In this document: positions 6,713 to 15,050 of the stretch, piece after piece
Numbering within the stretch: position 1 is the first letter of the stretch
Layout of the letters: each line of letters begins with the position of its first letter
Assembly (NCBI GenBank): GCA_040830145.1
Contig: JBFOLQ010000318.1
Span: forward strand, 1-25,629
From: Flavobacteriaceae bacterium
GTDB lineage: Bacteria; Bacteroidota; Bacteroidia; Flavobacteriales; Flavobacteriaceae
DNA length: 25,629 bases
Direction: 5' to 3'
Program-made: the position numbers and the translations under genes
Notes under the pieces: generated by a model
Databases searched by the model: none
Seen by the model: only the letters and a program-made list of their open reading frames with translations
What the model was told of the DNA's origin: nothing

Positions 6713-9265
6713 GTGGATTACCAGGATTTTCTTAAAAACAAAATAAAGCTTTCCAAGCCAGTAGGGTTCAAGGTAACCCCTGCAGAGATATCCCCCTATT
6801 TAAAACCCCACAATCGCTTAATGGTCCAATGGTTGGTAGAGGGGGGCAAAAGGGCCTGTTTTGCAAGTTTCGGCCTCCATAAGACCGTAACCCAATTAGA
6901 GGCCGTTCGTGTCATTCGTGGCCGGGTCGGGGGTAAGGGACTCATTGTTTTGCCATTGAATGTGAAACAGGAATTTCAACGTGATGCCCTTGATATCCTA
7001 AAATGGCCAACTTCACCCAAGTTCATCCGTCATTCGGAACAAGCCACAGAGGACACCATTTACCTGACCAATTATGAAAGCATACGGGACGGCAAGCTTG
7101 ACCCACGTTTGTTTTCCGTGGCTAGTCTTGATGAAGCTTCTGTACTTAGGGGCATGGGCGGCACAAAGACCTTTAGGGAATTTATGAGATTGTTCACGGG
7201 CGATGAAGGCCCAAAAGGTGCGCGTAGAAATGCTGATACGGTCCCATATCGTTTCGTCGCCACAGCCACCCCTTCGCCCAATGACTATATAGAGCTATTG
7301 GCATATGCTGACTTTTTGGGCCAGATGGATGTGTCACAGGCCAAGACACGCTTCTTTAAACGGGACAGTACCAAGGCCGATAAGCTTACCCTACATGCCC
7401 ATAAAGAAGAGGAGTTTTGGCTATGGGTGGCTTCTTGGGCCTTATTCGTCTCAAAACCATCTGACATTACCGGTGACCCAAAGGATGATACGGGCTATAT
7501 ATTACCCCCTTTACAGGTGAACTGGCATGAAATCAAAACAGACCACTCCAAGGCCGGTACCGAAAAAAATGGCCAGGCCAAGTTGTTCAAAGATGCGGCC
7601 ATGGGCCTTCAAGATGCTGCCAAGGAAAAAAGGGAAAGTTTAGAGGATAGGGTGGCCAAGATGATGGAACTGCGACAGGAGGACCCGGAAGCCCACAGAA
7701 TACTGTGGCATGACTTAGAGTCAGAGCGCCGGGCCATAGAAAAGGCCATACCGGAAGCAGTAAGTATTTACGGCTCACAGGACCATGAAAAAAGGGAACG
7801 GGCCATTCTTGATTTTTCAAACGGACATATTAAAGAGCTGGCCGCAAAGCCTGTAATCGCCGGTTCTGGGTGCAATTTTCAGCGGTATTGCCATTGGGGC
7901 ATATACCTGGGCATAGGGTTCAAATTCAATGATTTTATACAATCCGTACACCGTATCCAACGGTTTTTGCAGGGGCATCCGGTGCGCATTGATTTGATTT
8001 ATACAGAGGCCGAACGGCGCATACGCAAACAACAGGAACAAAAGTGGCACAACCACGATAATCAAGTAAAGAAAATGGTTGAAATAGTAAAAAAATACGG
8101 ACTGAACCATCAGGCCATGGCCAAAAAACTATCCCGAAAAATGGGGGTTGAGCGGGTGGCCGTTGAAGGGAAGCTGTATACATTGGTGAACAACGACAAT
8201 GTGTTGGAGTTGCCCAGGATAAAAAGCAACTCCGTAGGGTTGGTACATACCAGTCTACCATTTACCAATCAATATGAGTATTCCCCCAATTATGCCGACT
8301 ATGGACACACTGAAAGCCCTGCCGAGTTCTTTCGCCAAATGGATTATTCCACTCCGGAAGTGTTCCGGGTACTCATGCCCGGTCGTATCGCTGCCATTCA
8401 TGTTAAGGACCGCATTGTCCCAGGAGGTGTAAATGGCCTAGGGTTTCAAACCGTATACCCATTCCATAAAGATTGTATTGAGCATTTCACAAAGCACGGT
8501 TTTGCCTATATAGGGGAAAAGACAATCATTACAGATGTGGTCCGTGAGAACAACCAGACGTATCGTCTGGGATGGACTGAACAGTGCAAGGATGGTACTA
8601 AAATGAGTGTGGGCATTCCCGAGAGGTTGTTGTTGTTCAGAAAGCCCCAGACAGATACATCAAAGAGTTATGCCGATATCCCCGTGGTCAAATCAAAGGA
8701 AGACTATTCCCGCTCACGCTGGCAATTTGATGCCCATGGTTTCACAAGGTCTTCTGGGAATCGTTGTTTAAGACCAAAGGAACTGGCCAAGTTGCCCCAT
8801 GAAAAGATATTCAAGGCATTTAAAAACTACTCATTGAATGAGGTGTTCAATTTTGAGCATGTGGTAAAGATTGGGGAGACCTTGGATGCATCCGGTAAGC
8901 TGCCAACCTCTTTTATGTTATTGCAACCACAGAGCTGGTCTAATGACGTGTGGACAGACATTACCCGTATGTTGACCCTGAATAGTGCACAATGGAGCAA
9001 AGGGAAAGAAATGCATCTGTGCCCCCTCCAGTTTGATATTGTGGACAGGGTCATAGCACAAATGAGCAACCCTGGCGATATCGTGCTTGATTATTTCAGT
9101 GGCATAGGCACCGTGCCCTACAGGTCCATTTTGTTGGGCCGGTACGGGTATGGCATTGAGTTGGCCCCAAACTACTTCCTGGATGGCGCCCATTATTGTA
9201 AAGCTGCAGAGGCCAAAGTGACCATGCCCAGTCTATTTGACACCCTAAAAGAAGAATTAATATAA
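6713..9265 (+). CDS. SNF2-like helicase fused to an N4/N6 DNA methyltransferase
   Basis: Helicase motifs FGLHKT, LDEAS, TATPSPND and HRIQRF. The MTase part has catalytic-type TSLPF first and SAM-binding LDYFSGIGT near the C-terminus (beta-class order). Confidence 0.88.
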   Translation: MDYQDFLKNKIKLSKPVGFKVTPAEISPYLKPHNRLMVQWLVEGGKRACFASFGLHKTVTQLEAVRVIRGRVGGKGLIVLPLNVKQEFQRDALDILKWPTSPKFIRHSEQATEDTIYLTNYESIRDGKLDPRLFSVASLDEASVLRGMGGTKTFREFMRLFTGDEGPKGARRNADTVPYRFVATATPSPNDYIELLAYADFLGQMDVSQAKTRFFKRDSTKADKLTLHAHKEEEFWLWVASWALFVSKPSDITGDPKDDTGYILPPLQVNWHEIKTDHSKAGTEKNGQAKLFKDAAMGLQDAAKEKRESLEDRVAKMMELRQEDPEAHRILWHDLESERRAIEKAIPEAVSIYGSQDHEKRERAILDFSNGHIKELAAKPVIAGSGCNFQRYCHWGIYLGIGFKFNDFIQSVHRIQRFLQGHPVRIDLIYTEAERRIRKQQEQKWHNHDNQVKKMVEIVKKYGLNHQAMAKKLSRKMGVERVAVEGKLYTLVNNDNVLELPRIKSNSVGLVHTSLPFTNQYEYSPNYADYGHTESPAEFFRQMDYSTPEVFRVLMPGRIAAIHVKDRIVPGGVNGLGFQTVYPFHKDCIEHFTKHGFAYIGEKTIITDVVRENNQTYRLGWTEQCKDGTKMSVGIPERLLLFRKPQTDTSKSYADIPVVKSKEDYSRSRWQFDAHGFTRSSGNRCLRPKELAKLPHEKIFKAFKNYSLNEVFNFEHVVKIGETLDASGKLPTSFMLLQPQSWSNDVWTDITRMLTLNSAQWSKGKEMHLCPLQFDIVDRVIAQMSNPGDIVLDYFSGIGTVPYRSILLGRYGYGIELAPNYFLDGAHYCKAAEAKVTMPSLFDTLKEELI

Positions 9266-9275
9266 AACTACAACT

Positions 9276-9695
9276 ATGAAAATTGTCATCAATAAAGACA
9301 ACGTCAAAAAGCAGTCCATTGTGCTCCAGTTTGGCAAGCACAAAAGACCATTTTTAAGGGTTTCAAGAAATACCATCTACATATCCACCATAGCCGTGCG
9401 TGAGCTTGGGTTGGAAAAGGAGGATACTGTAGAATTTGTTTTGAACTATACTGATGAGCAACGTGTGTGGTTACGAAAAACCAAAGCAAAGAACGGATTT
9501 AGGAGTGTAGAGCATCCAACACACGGGCGCAAGTATCACCGAGTGATTTCAAATCCAATGTGTAGGCTTCTCAGGTACTTTTTTAACCAAGGGGACAATG
9601 CTCCTTTTCTGATTGGGCTTCGTTCTGGCGAAACCAAAAACCATATGCTATTGATTAATGACCCATTAGTGGAACTTAACTCGGCAACCAAATGA
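9276..9695 (+). CDS. Hypothetical basic protein, 139 aa
   Basis: Coupled ORF in the early operon. Confidence 0.7.
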   Translation: MKIVINKDNVKKQSIVLQFGKHKRPFLRVSRNTIYISTIAVRELGLEKEDTVEFVLNYTDEQRVWLRKTKAKNGFRSVEHPTHGRKYHRVISNPMCRLLRYFFNQGDNAPFLIGLRSGETKNHMLLINDPLVELNSATK

Positions 9696-9889
9696 AACTC
9701 ATACGGCGCATAGGGGCCTTGGTCTTTGGGGTTATTTTCTTGATATCCCTGGTATGCACTTTGCCGGTGGCGGCGCTATTGATACTGAACCATTTTTTAC
9801 ACAGAATACAAATTAAAAACCTGATATCATGGAAAGATCAGCACGGAAAAAAATTGAGTGCAACGGCCAGTGGGCCTTCATCTACGTAA
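9692..9889 (+). CDS. Small membrane protein
   Basis: ATGA overlap and one long hydrophobic segment. Confidence 0.55.
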   Translation: MKLIRRIGALVFGVIFLISLVCTLPVAALLILNHFLHRIQIKNLISWKDQHGKKLSATASGPSST

Positions 9890-10128
9890 ACCTAAACGCC
9901 AAAAGGGAAAGACGTCCTCATGGAAAGACCTATCACCATATAAAAGTCAGTGGCCCCTATAATGGATATTTCTCGGAGGCCCTGGCAGATGCTAATGGTA
10001 ATTTAGAAGACCATGTTGTGAAGCAAGAACAACTGTTTTATGACTGGGCATCGGATCCAAAGCGAAAGAGTGCTGAAGAAAAACTGTTGGAAAACTTAGG
10101 TTTTGAACTGGAAAAGGAAAGGATATGA
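9829..10128 (+). CDS. Hypothetical protein, 99 aa
   Basis: Natural-looking composition and an ATGA overlap with the next gene. Overlaps the previous ORF by 61 nt. Confidence 0.6.
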   Translation: MERSARKKIECNGQWAFIYVNLNAKRERRPHGKTYHHIKVSGPYNGYFSEALADANGNLEDHVVKQEQLFYDWASDPKRKSAEEKLLENLGFELEKERI

Positions 10129-10757
10129 CTCTACCGTTTATGACCCATTGGGGTGAGGACATGCCAGAACATATGGCAGGGGGGTCAACGTATTTTGTTG
10201 AGATGGTTTGGTCCTCAATTGACGAACAACTGTTAGATGAATTCTTTTGGGACAACCACCATATCAGCTTTCATAACCGTGAAGAAATTTGGAGGCTTTT
10301 TGAAGCTGTGGATTATAAAATAGATTGGGATGCCTATGACTGTTTAGTTCGGGATGATGAAGGTAAAATCCACACTATCCGTTTTATGACACCAGAACGG
10401 GCAGCACAATGGGCCAAGAAGGACCGTGAGATTCATTTCTACATCAACAATAGAACACCAAGAGCATTTCGGTTTGCGCCCTTGATTAAAAGGAAAGGGT
10501 TTCAGAAAATCGAGATAGAGCACTCATTATCTAATCCTCCTATAGTAAGAGTTAAAATAGAAGGTAAACAACTGTGGACGGGTAATCCTTATGACAAATT
10601 TATGTCCGGGTCTTTTCCAATGGTGGATTTGGCCATTAACGACGGATTCGAGGCAATAGAAGACTTCTTCGCCTACTTCAGGCCTGAAAGGATAGCAAAG
10701 GCCCAAAAGGCCGGTAAAGATCCATATATCATTCATTGGACTGGAAAATTGTACTAA
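10125..10757 (+). CDS. ASCH/PUA-like phage protein (putative)
   Basis: Motifs KIHTIR, LAINDGF..IEDFFAYF and IIHWT..Y, recalled from ASCH-like phage proteins. Confidence 0.55.
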   Translation: MTLPFMTHWGEDMPEHMAGGSTYFVEMVWSSIDEQLLDEFFWDNHHISFHNREEIWRLFEAVDYKIDWDAYDCLVRDDEGKIHTIRFMTPERAAQWAKKDREIHFYINNRTPRAFRFAPLIKRKGFQKIEIEHSLSNPPIVRVKIEGKQLWTGNPYDKFMSGSFPMVDLAINDGFEAIEDFFAYFRPERIAKAQKAGKDPYIIHWTGKLY

Positions 10758-10760
10758 AAG

Positions 10761-11399
10761 ATGAAGGTTTTAATTACACATGAAGCAAGTCAGACAGTCT
10801 GTCGTGCTTTTAGAGAATTGGGCCATGAGGCCTTTTCAAACGACCTGAAGGATTGCTACGGGGGACATCCTGAATGGCACATGAAAATGGATTGCTATAA
10901 AGCGGTTAGGTCGCAGAAATGGGATTTGATAATTGCACATCCAGAATGTACCAAACTTGCCGTTTCAGGGAATGCCACCTATGCTTTGGGTAAGGCAAGG
11001 TACAATGAAAGAAGGGAAGCGGCTAAATGGACACAGGACTATTGGAGCTTCTGTACAAGTAATTGTCAGAAGGTTTGTTTTGAAAACCCAATAGGGGTCC
11101 TCCCCAGAATGACCAATTTACCCAAACCTACTTACATACAACCTTTTCAATTTGGGCATCCGGAACCAAAAAAAACAGCCCTGTTCTTATTTGGATTACC
11201 CTCTTTAAAACCAACCAAAATAGTTTCACCTAAATATATTGTTGGGAAAGACGGGAAGAAATATTCCCGCCTTCATTACCTAACAAAACACTCGGCAATG
11301 AAATATTATGGACAGGATAGGGCCACCGTTAGAAGCCAGACCTATCAAGGGGTTGCCAAGGCAATGGCCCTACAGTGGGGCAAACACAATAACATTTAA
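10761..11399 (+). CDS. Short phage DNA cytosine-methyltransferase-like protein
   Basis: MKVLI.HE.SQ.V..AF...GHEAFS.DL...GGHPEWH, WDLIIAHPECT (PC-motif variant) and FENPIG (ENV-like). Confidence 0.7.
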   Translation: MKVLITHEASQTVCRAFRELGHEAFSNDLKDCYGGHPEWHMKMDCYKAVRSQKWDLIIAHPECTKLAVSGNATYALGKARYNERREAAKWTQDYWSFCTSNCQKVCFENPIGVLPRMTNLPKPTYIQPFQFGHPEPKKTALFLFGLPSLKPTKIVSPKYIVGKDGKKYSRLHYLTKHSAMKYYGQDRATVRSQTYQGVAKAMALQWGKHNNI

Positions 11400-11409
11400 A
11401 TACACCATC

Positions 11410-11745
11410 ATGATTAGAACCTATGAATATCAATACAACTGGGGCGAGGCCCAAGTAAAAATGCAGATTGACGATGAAAAATTGTCAAAAGATGACTGTA
11501 AGGATCTATTGAATTTTTTTACATGGAAATGGGACAAAGAGGCTGACCCCTATGATGAGCTGGCCCGGTTGTATTGCCGTACCGCTATAGTTTTTGCTAC
11601 TGCCAATTTTCACAACACATATGGGGTGTTAAGGGACTTTGAAGAAGCCGAAGGCTACCCAAACCTGGATGGCACCTACGGGATTACCTTGGTTGATGTT
11701 GAAGGGATAGACCTTCATGAAATAGAACTTGAAAAGGTTGAATAA
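11410..11745 (+). CDS. DUF2528-like phage protein (start trimmed to ATG11410)
   Basis: NTYGVLRDF..AEGYPNLDGTYGITLV motif. The track start at 11308 overlaps the MTase gene and is unlikely. Confidence 0.6.
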   Translation: MIRTYEYQYNWGEAQVKMQIDDEKLSKDDCKDLLNFFTWKWDKEADPYDELARLYCRTAIVFATANFHNTYGVLRDFEEAEGYPNLDGTYGITLVDVEGIDLHEIELEKVE

Positions 11746-11900
11746 TGTCAGCAGTACACAATTTGGGCCATTTCACGGTACAATGGATCCGGGCGGTAAA
11801 CCGGTATCTTATAAAATCAAAAGAGGGCACGCCCTACTACACCAGCAATTTTAAGATTGTAAGGTGGGAATACAATAGGCGGAATCAAAAAAAAGAATGA
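11745..11900 (+). CDS. Hypothetical protein, 51 aa, not in the track
   Basis: TAATG overlap upstream and ATGA overlap downstream. Confidence 0.55.
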   Translation: MSAVHNLGHFTVQWIRAVNRYLIKSKEGTPYYTSNFKIVRWEYNRRNQKKE

Positions 11901-12067
11901 CCATGACACTTTGGGAATTTATGAAAGACAGGTGGGTGATAAAGAAATCACGTATTAAGGAAATGGGCATAGACCCTAACAAGGCGAGTGGAGACACCAC
12001 ATGGGACGAACTTGAGTGGTTGGCCAGTGAGCTAGATGTTACCGTAGGGGAACTAATTGAATATTGA
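11897..12067 (+). CDS. Small Cro/C1-type HTH-like protein, 56 aa, not in the track
   Basis: C-terminus TTWDELEWLASELDVTVGELIEY matches the tail of XRE/HTH_26 domains. ATGA overlap. Confidence 0.55.
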   Translation: MTMTLWEFMKDRWVIKKSRIKEMGIDPNKASGDTTWDELEWLASELDVTVGELIEY

Positions 12068-12075
12068 TTCTAAGC

Positions 12076-12234
12076 ATGGAGGGAAACAAAAAATACCCAC
12101 GACCGAGGTTGGCCAAGCGTAACGCGGCGGATTGGAAAAGGGTTGCCGAAAAGGTAGCCGAATCATTTCCGGATAACAAAGTTATCGTTACGGGTTATGG
12201 CCAACGTATTAAGGGAAAGAAAAAATCGAAATAG
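12076..12234 (+). CDS. Small basic protein, 52 aa, not in the track
   Basis: Translated by hand: MEGNKKYPRPRLAKRNAADWKRVAEKVAESFPDNKVIVTGYGQRIKGKKKSK. It fills the intergenic gap. Confidence 0.5.
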   Translation: MEGNKKYPRPRLAKRNAADWKRVAEKVAESFPDNKVIVTGYGQRIKGKKKSK

Positions 12235-12273
12235 CTTCTAAACAGGAGTTTTTGAACTAATAAAATAGAATTT

Positions 12274-12459
12274 ATGAAAGCTGCTATCAACTTGTTGAAA
12301 AAGGAAATACACGATCTTAAGCAACGGCTGGACTTCCCAGCGCCCAACCCGTATGGCAACCCTGAAATAAATAGGATAAACCGGGTGGCCAACGAACAGA
12401 TATCCGGTGAAATAGCTGACCTAGAAGAAGCACTGGACTATTTGAAAAAGAAGCCATAA
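12274..12459 (+). CDS. Hypothetical coiled-coil protein, 61 aa
   Basis: Heptad pattern, operon orientation. Confidence 0.65.
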   Translation: MKAAINLLKKEIHDLKQRLDFPAPNPYGNPEINRINRVANEQISGEIADLEEALDYLKKKP

Positions 12460-12493
12460 AACAGCCCGGTTTCTGGAGCTAAAAAGTTATTTG

Positions 12494-12501
12494 TATGTTT
12501 G
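12494..12501 (+). promoter_or_regulatory. -7 promoter element TATGTTTG preceding a structured leader
   Basis: Exact match to TAnnTTTG. The -33 element is weak. Confidence 0.55.
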
Positions 12502-12505
12502 TATC

Positions 12506-12644
12506 GAAGCAACGATTTAGGAGCAATCCGAAATCAATTATTTACGATAAGCCGCTGCCCAAGGTGTTTCCTAAGTGGTAGCAGATTAAACCGAAAGGCT
12601 GCACTCCGATCCTAGATCGTTGCTTCAGCCCTAAAGGCAGCGGC
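12506..12644 (+). ncRNA. Structured cis-regulatory/antisense-type RNA leader with crossing complementary segments
   Basis: 17-bp helix 12506-22/12610-26 (one G-U), 9-bp helix 12551-59/12636-44, and two GNRA-capped hairpins. Confidence 0.7.
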
Positions 12645-12664
12645 GCATACAAACACTTTTCGAG

Positions 12665-12925
12665 ATGAAGCAAGAAAAGGTAATCACCGTGGGCGGTACC
12701 ACCTATTGGGCCGTAACCCCCGCACAAAAAGAATTGTTAGAGCTTTTACGGCACAACAATGCCGAGCGCCACTACCAGGCATTAAAGAACGTACACCACC
12801 TGGCCACCTATTTTTCGGACAAGGACCTTATGGTACTATGGCAGCACGGTTTTGTACAAGATTTGTTAGATGCCATTGGTAATATCAAAACAGAGCATTT
12901 TATACACACCTTAAAAGAAGCATGA
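12665..12925 (+). CDS. Hypothetical protein controlled by the structured leader
   Basis: ATG 21 nt after the last helix. 86 aa. Confidence 0.7.
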   Translation: MKQEKVITVGGTTYWAVTPAQKELLELLRHNNAERHYQALKNVHHLATYFSDKDLMVLWQHGFVQDLLDAIGNIKTEHFIHTLKEA

Positions 12926-12926
12926 T

Positions 12927-13157
12927 ATGCCCATTAAAAAAGAACGCCATAAGGCCATTGTGGCCTTTTTGTCCCAGTTTGGCCCGGTAGTTGCCAGTGG
13001 TATTGGCAATGTAGACCAGGAGGTGGCCAACCTATCTGTGACCACCGACCATTTGCCTTTTCAAGCACTGGAGAACATAGCCGCGTTTGCCAAGGCCATG
13101 GGCCAACAATATGAGATTGCGGCAGGGCGCTCAAAGCTCACCCTCCGCTTTCTTTAG
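12927..13157 (+). CDS. Hypothetical protein, 76 aa
   Basis: Coupled to the previous ORF and followed by a hairpin cluster. Confidence 0.7.
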   Translation: MPIKKERHKAIVAFLSQFGPVVASGIGNVDQEVANLSVTTDHLPFQALENIAAFAKAMGQQYEIAAGRSKLTLRFL

Positions 13158-13177
13158 TCCGTAGGACATTGCTGCCA

Positions 13178-13234
13178 GACCGCTTTTGCGGTCGAAGTTA
13201 ACCCCAAGCCCCGCACCGCGGGGCTTGTCCTTTT
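13178..13234 (+). terminator. Double hairpin ending the early operon
   Basis: GACCGC-tttt-GCGGTC (13178-93) and AAGCCCCGC-acc-GCGGGGCTT (13206-26), followed by gtcctttt. Confidence 0.6.
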
Positions 13235-13374
13235 AGTACTTTTTACACTCTCCAATTTCCTTATTTCCCCCTGTACCCCCTTTAAAATATAGGAATTAAG
13301 TGGTGCAATCATGCGGGACATAGATATATAGTCTCTTTTTTTAAAGTATACTTATTAAATAATTACAAGGGGGC

Positions 13375-13595
13375 TGTGCATTTGTGCACTTTTAGTGTAA
13401 CAATCTTTTAACTAATGAGTTATGGCGCACGATTGGCGCACGATTGTGCACGATTTACACAAAAAACGCACGATTGATTTAGTTGTGCGCCCCTAGGCCC
13501 AATCGTGCGCCGTTGTGCATTAATCGTGCACACTAAAACCCCTGTATTTACGGGGTTTCCGCAAGTTTTCTTTAACACTTTGCACAAGTGCACGG
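13375..13595. repeat. Iteron-like array (putative replication origin): 4 direct + 2 inverted GCACGATT copies
   Basis: Direct copies at 13427, 13438, 13448 and 13468. Inverted AATCGTGC at 13501 and 13522. Further GTGCAC/TGTGCA variants, an AT-rich tract at about 13320-13365, and a hairpin at 13536-58. Confidence 0.75.
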
Positions 13596-13653
13596 CTTAT
13601 TTGTAGGTTTTTGGGAACCCTGTTTTCCCTCTTTTTGGTTTCAGAAAATAGTC

Positions 13654-13689
13654 TGTCCTTTTAAGCCCATGGCCGTGCGCCTATACTTG
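13654..13689 (+). promoter_or_regulatory. Putative late promoter 1: TGTCCTTTTAA-N16-CTATACTTG
   Basis: Same boxes and spacing as 22350-22385. Both copies head structural operons. Confidence 0.7.
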
Positions 13690-13693
13690 TGGT

Positions 13694-14170
13694 ATGGATT
13701 TGGCCACAAAGAACCACCACATTATCAATACCATTTGTAAGGTGCGCATTCGCTCAGTTGATAAGGTGGTGGCGCTTCCTTCCCTGGCAACCCTCTACCA
13801 TACCCCTTCCAAGATCCGGCTCTCAATCCGTAGCAAGCGTACTGCCAATGGCAATCTGCACAATAAGTCCCTGCGGTTGACATACCCGGGCCTGTCACAA
13901 ACAGACTTTGCCCAGTTTGATGCTTTGATAAAGGGTGTGTACCAGGTGATGGTACAGTTAGAGAATGGGGAGGTGCATGAGCTGGCCTCCTCACAGTTTC
14001 CCATGACCGTCAGCAGCAGCTTTAATATGGATGGGGGGCATGAGCTTACCTTCAGTGTGTCGGCGCCCTTGAGCATTACATTCATAGGTACAGATTCTGG
14101 GAACCTGGCTGGGAAGCCGGGACTGTTAGATGAACAATTTGATTATGATTTTGATTTTAACCTTGCATAA
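13694..14170 (+). CDS. Putative virion structural (neck/tail-type) protein
   Basis: First late gene, beta-rich, with the C-terminal FDYDFDFNL motif typical of phage structural proteins. Confidence 0.6.
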   Translation: MDLATKNHHIINTICKVRIRSVDKVVALPSLATLYHTPSKIRLSIRSKRTANGNLHNKSLRLTYPGLSQTDFAQFDALIKGVYQVMVQLENGEVHELASSQFPMTVSSSFNMDGGHELTFSVSAPLSITFIGTDSGNLAGKPGLLDEQFDYDFDFNLA

Positions 14171-14859
14171 TGGCATCTAGGCGCGTCACATATAAGTTTA
14201 AGACCAACAACCCCGCAGACCCAACCGATGTTCGCAAATTCTTGGCAACAGAGGCCAATGAGGTAAAAGAGGCCATTAATGGGCATGCGGAGGATATTGA
14301 TCGATTACTGGCCGCTTTGGGCATCAATGAGGGCACCAAGAGTATTGGGGAGTTTGAGACCTTGGCCGTACTACAGGCTGCCTACCCAGATGGGGCCGGG
14401 GATTCATACGCCATTATCAATGATGGTATTGGCACCCCCCAAGTGGCCACATATAACAGTGGTACGGGGCAATGGGAAGTGGCTACCCCAGATGACCCAT
14501 TGATTTGGGTCGCAGACCACGCCTCTTTGCCCAACCCGGGTACCGCAAACCGTTTGTACGTAACCTTAGATACCGGCGCCATGTATTATTGGGCTTCCGG
14601 CAACTATACGGTGGCCGGCGGCACGCCTCCGGAAAGTAAGATAAAATGGATTGCCAACAGCGGTCGTAACTGGCGGGTCTTTAAGGCAGAGGCCAACAAT
14701 GGTGCCGGCCTTGAGATAGGGGACGAAGTAAACCACCGTATGGTGGCAGAAAAAAGATTGGTGGTCGGGTATATCCTTGACCCATCCCTTACCCTCCCAG
14801 CTGACTTTACGGATCCTGCAAAATTTGAACGCTACATAGACACCAAACCCATGTTATGA
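14170..14859 (+). CDS. Tail-fibre/tail-associated protein (putative)
   Basis: Gly/Thr-rich, with an LP..G...LYV..DT..MY.W motif seen in fibre proteins. TAATG coupling. Confidence 0.55.
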   Translation: MASRRVTYKFKTNNPADPTDVRKFLATEANEVKEAINGHAEDIDRLLAALGINEGTKSIGEFETLAVLQAAYPDGAGDSYAIINDGIGTPQVATYNSGTGQWEVATPDDPLIWVADHASLPNPGTANRLYVTLDTGAMYYWASGNYTVAGGTPPESKIKWIANSGRNWRVFKAEANNGAGLEIGDEVNHRMVAEKRLVVGYILDPSLTLPADFTDPAKFERYIDTKPML

Positions 14860-15050
14860 CAGCAATTGTAATCACCATTATCAATATTGCCTTGGTAGGG
14901 TTGAATTTTCTCATCTACCGGCGCACCAAAAAAGTAGGGGTGAACCCCAATTTACATTCACTTCCAGTGCATACCCAAGATGGTCATGGGGTGGTCATAG
15001 AGAACAAACAGGGAAAACCTGTGGCAGAATTTAAAAAAGAACTACAATGA
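14856..15050 (+). CDS. Small single-TM protein
   Basis: N-terminal hydrophobic anchor followed by RRTKK. ATGA overlaps on both sides. Confidence 0.65.
   Translation: MTAIVITIINIALVGLNFLIYRRTKKVGVNPNLHSLPVHTQDGHGVVIENKQGKPVAEFKKELQ

Noticed and set aside
3485-9341. Many alternate-frame and antisense ORFs inside the primase and helicase-MTase genes
   Set aside because: Fully nested in long motif-bearing genes; typical shadow ORFs.
11308-11409. Track N-terminal extension of the DUF2528-like ORF
   Set aside because: Overlaps the MTase-like gene by 92 nt; ATG11410 gives a normal arrangement.
12506-12644. Structured region considered as a tRNA
   Set aside because: No cloverleaf, T-loop or CCA, and the helices cross.
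12542-12727. Minus-strand 61-aa ORF over the structured leader
   Set aside because: Sequence is explained by RNA structure and the ORF overlaps the downstream gene.
13424-13531. Short repeats considered as a CRISPR array
   Set aside because: Units of 8-11 bp with no unique spacers, both orientations present, and no cas genes. They fit iterons better.
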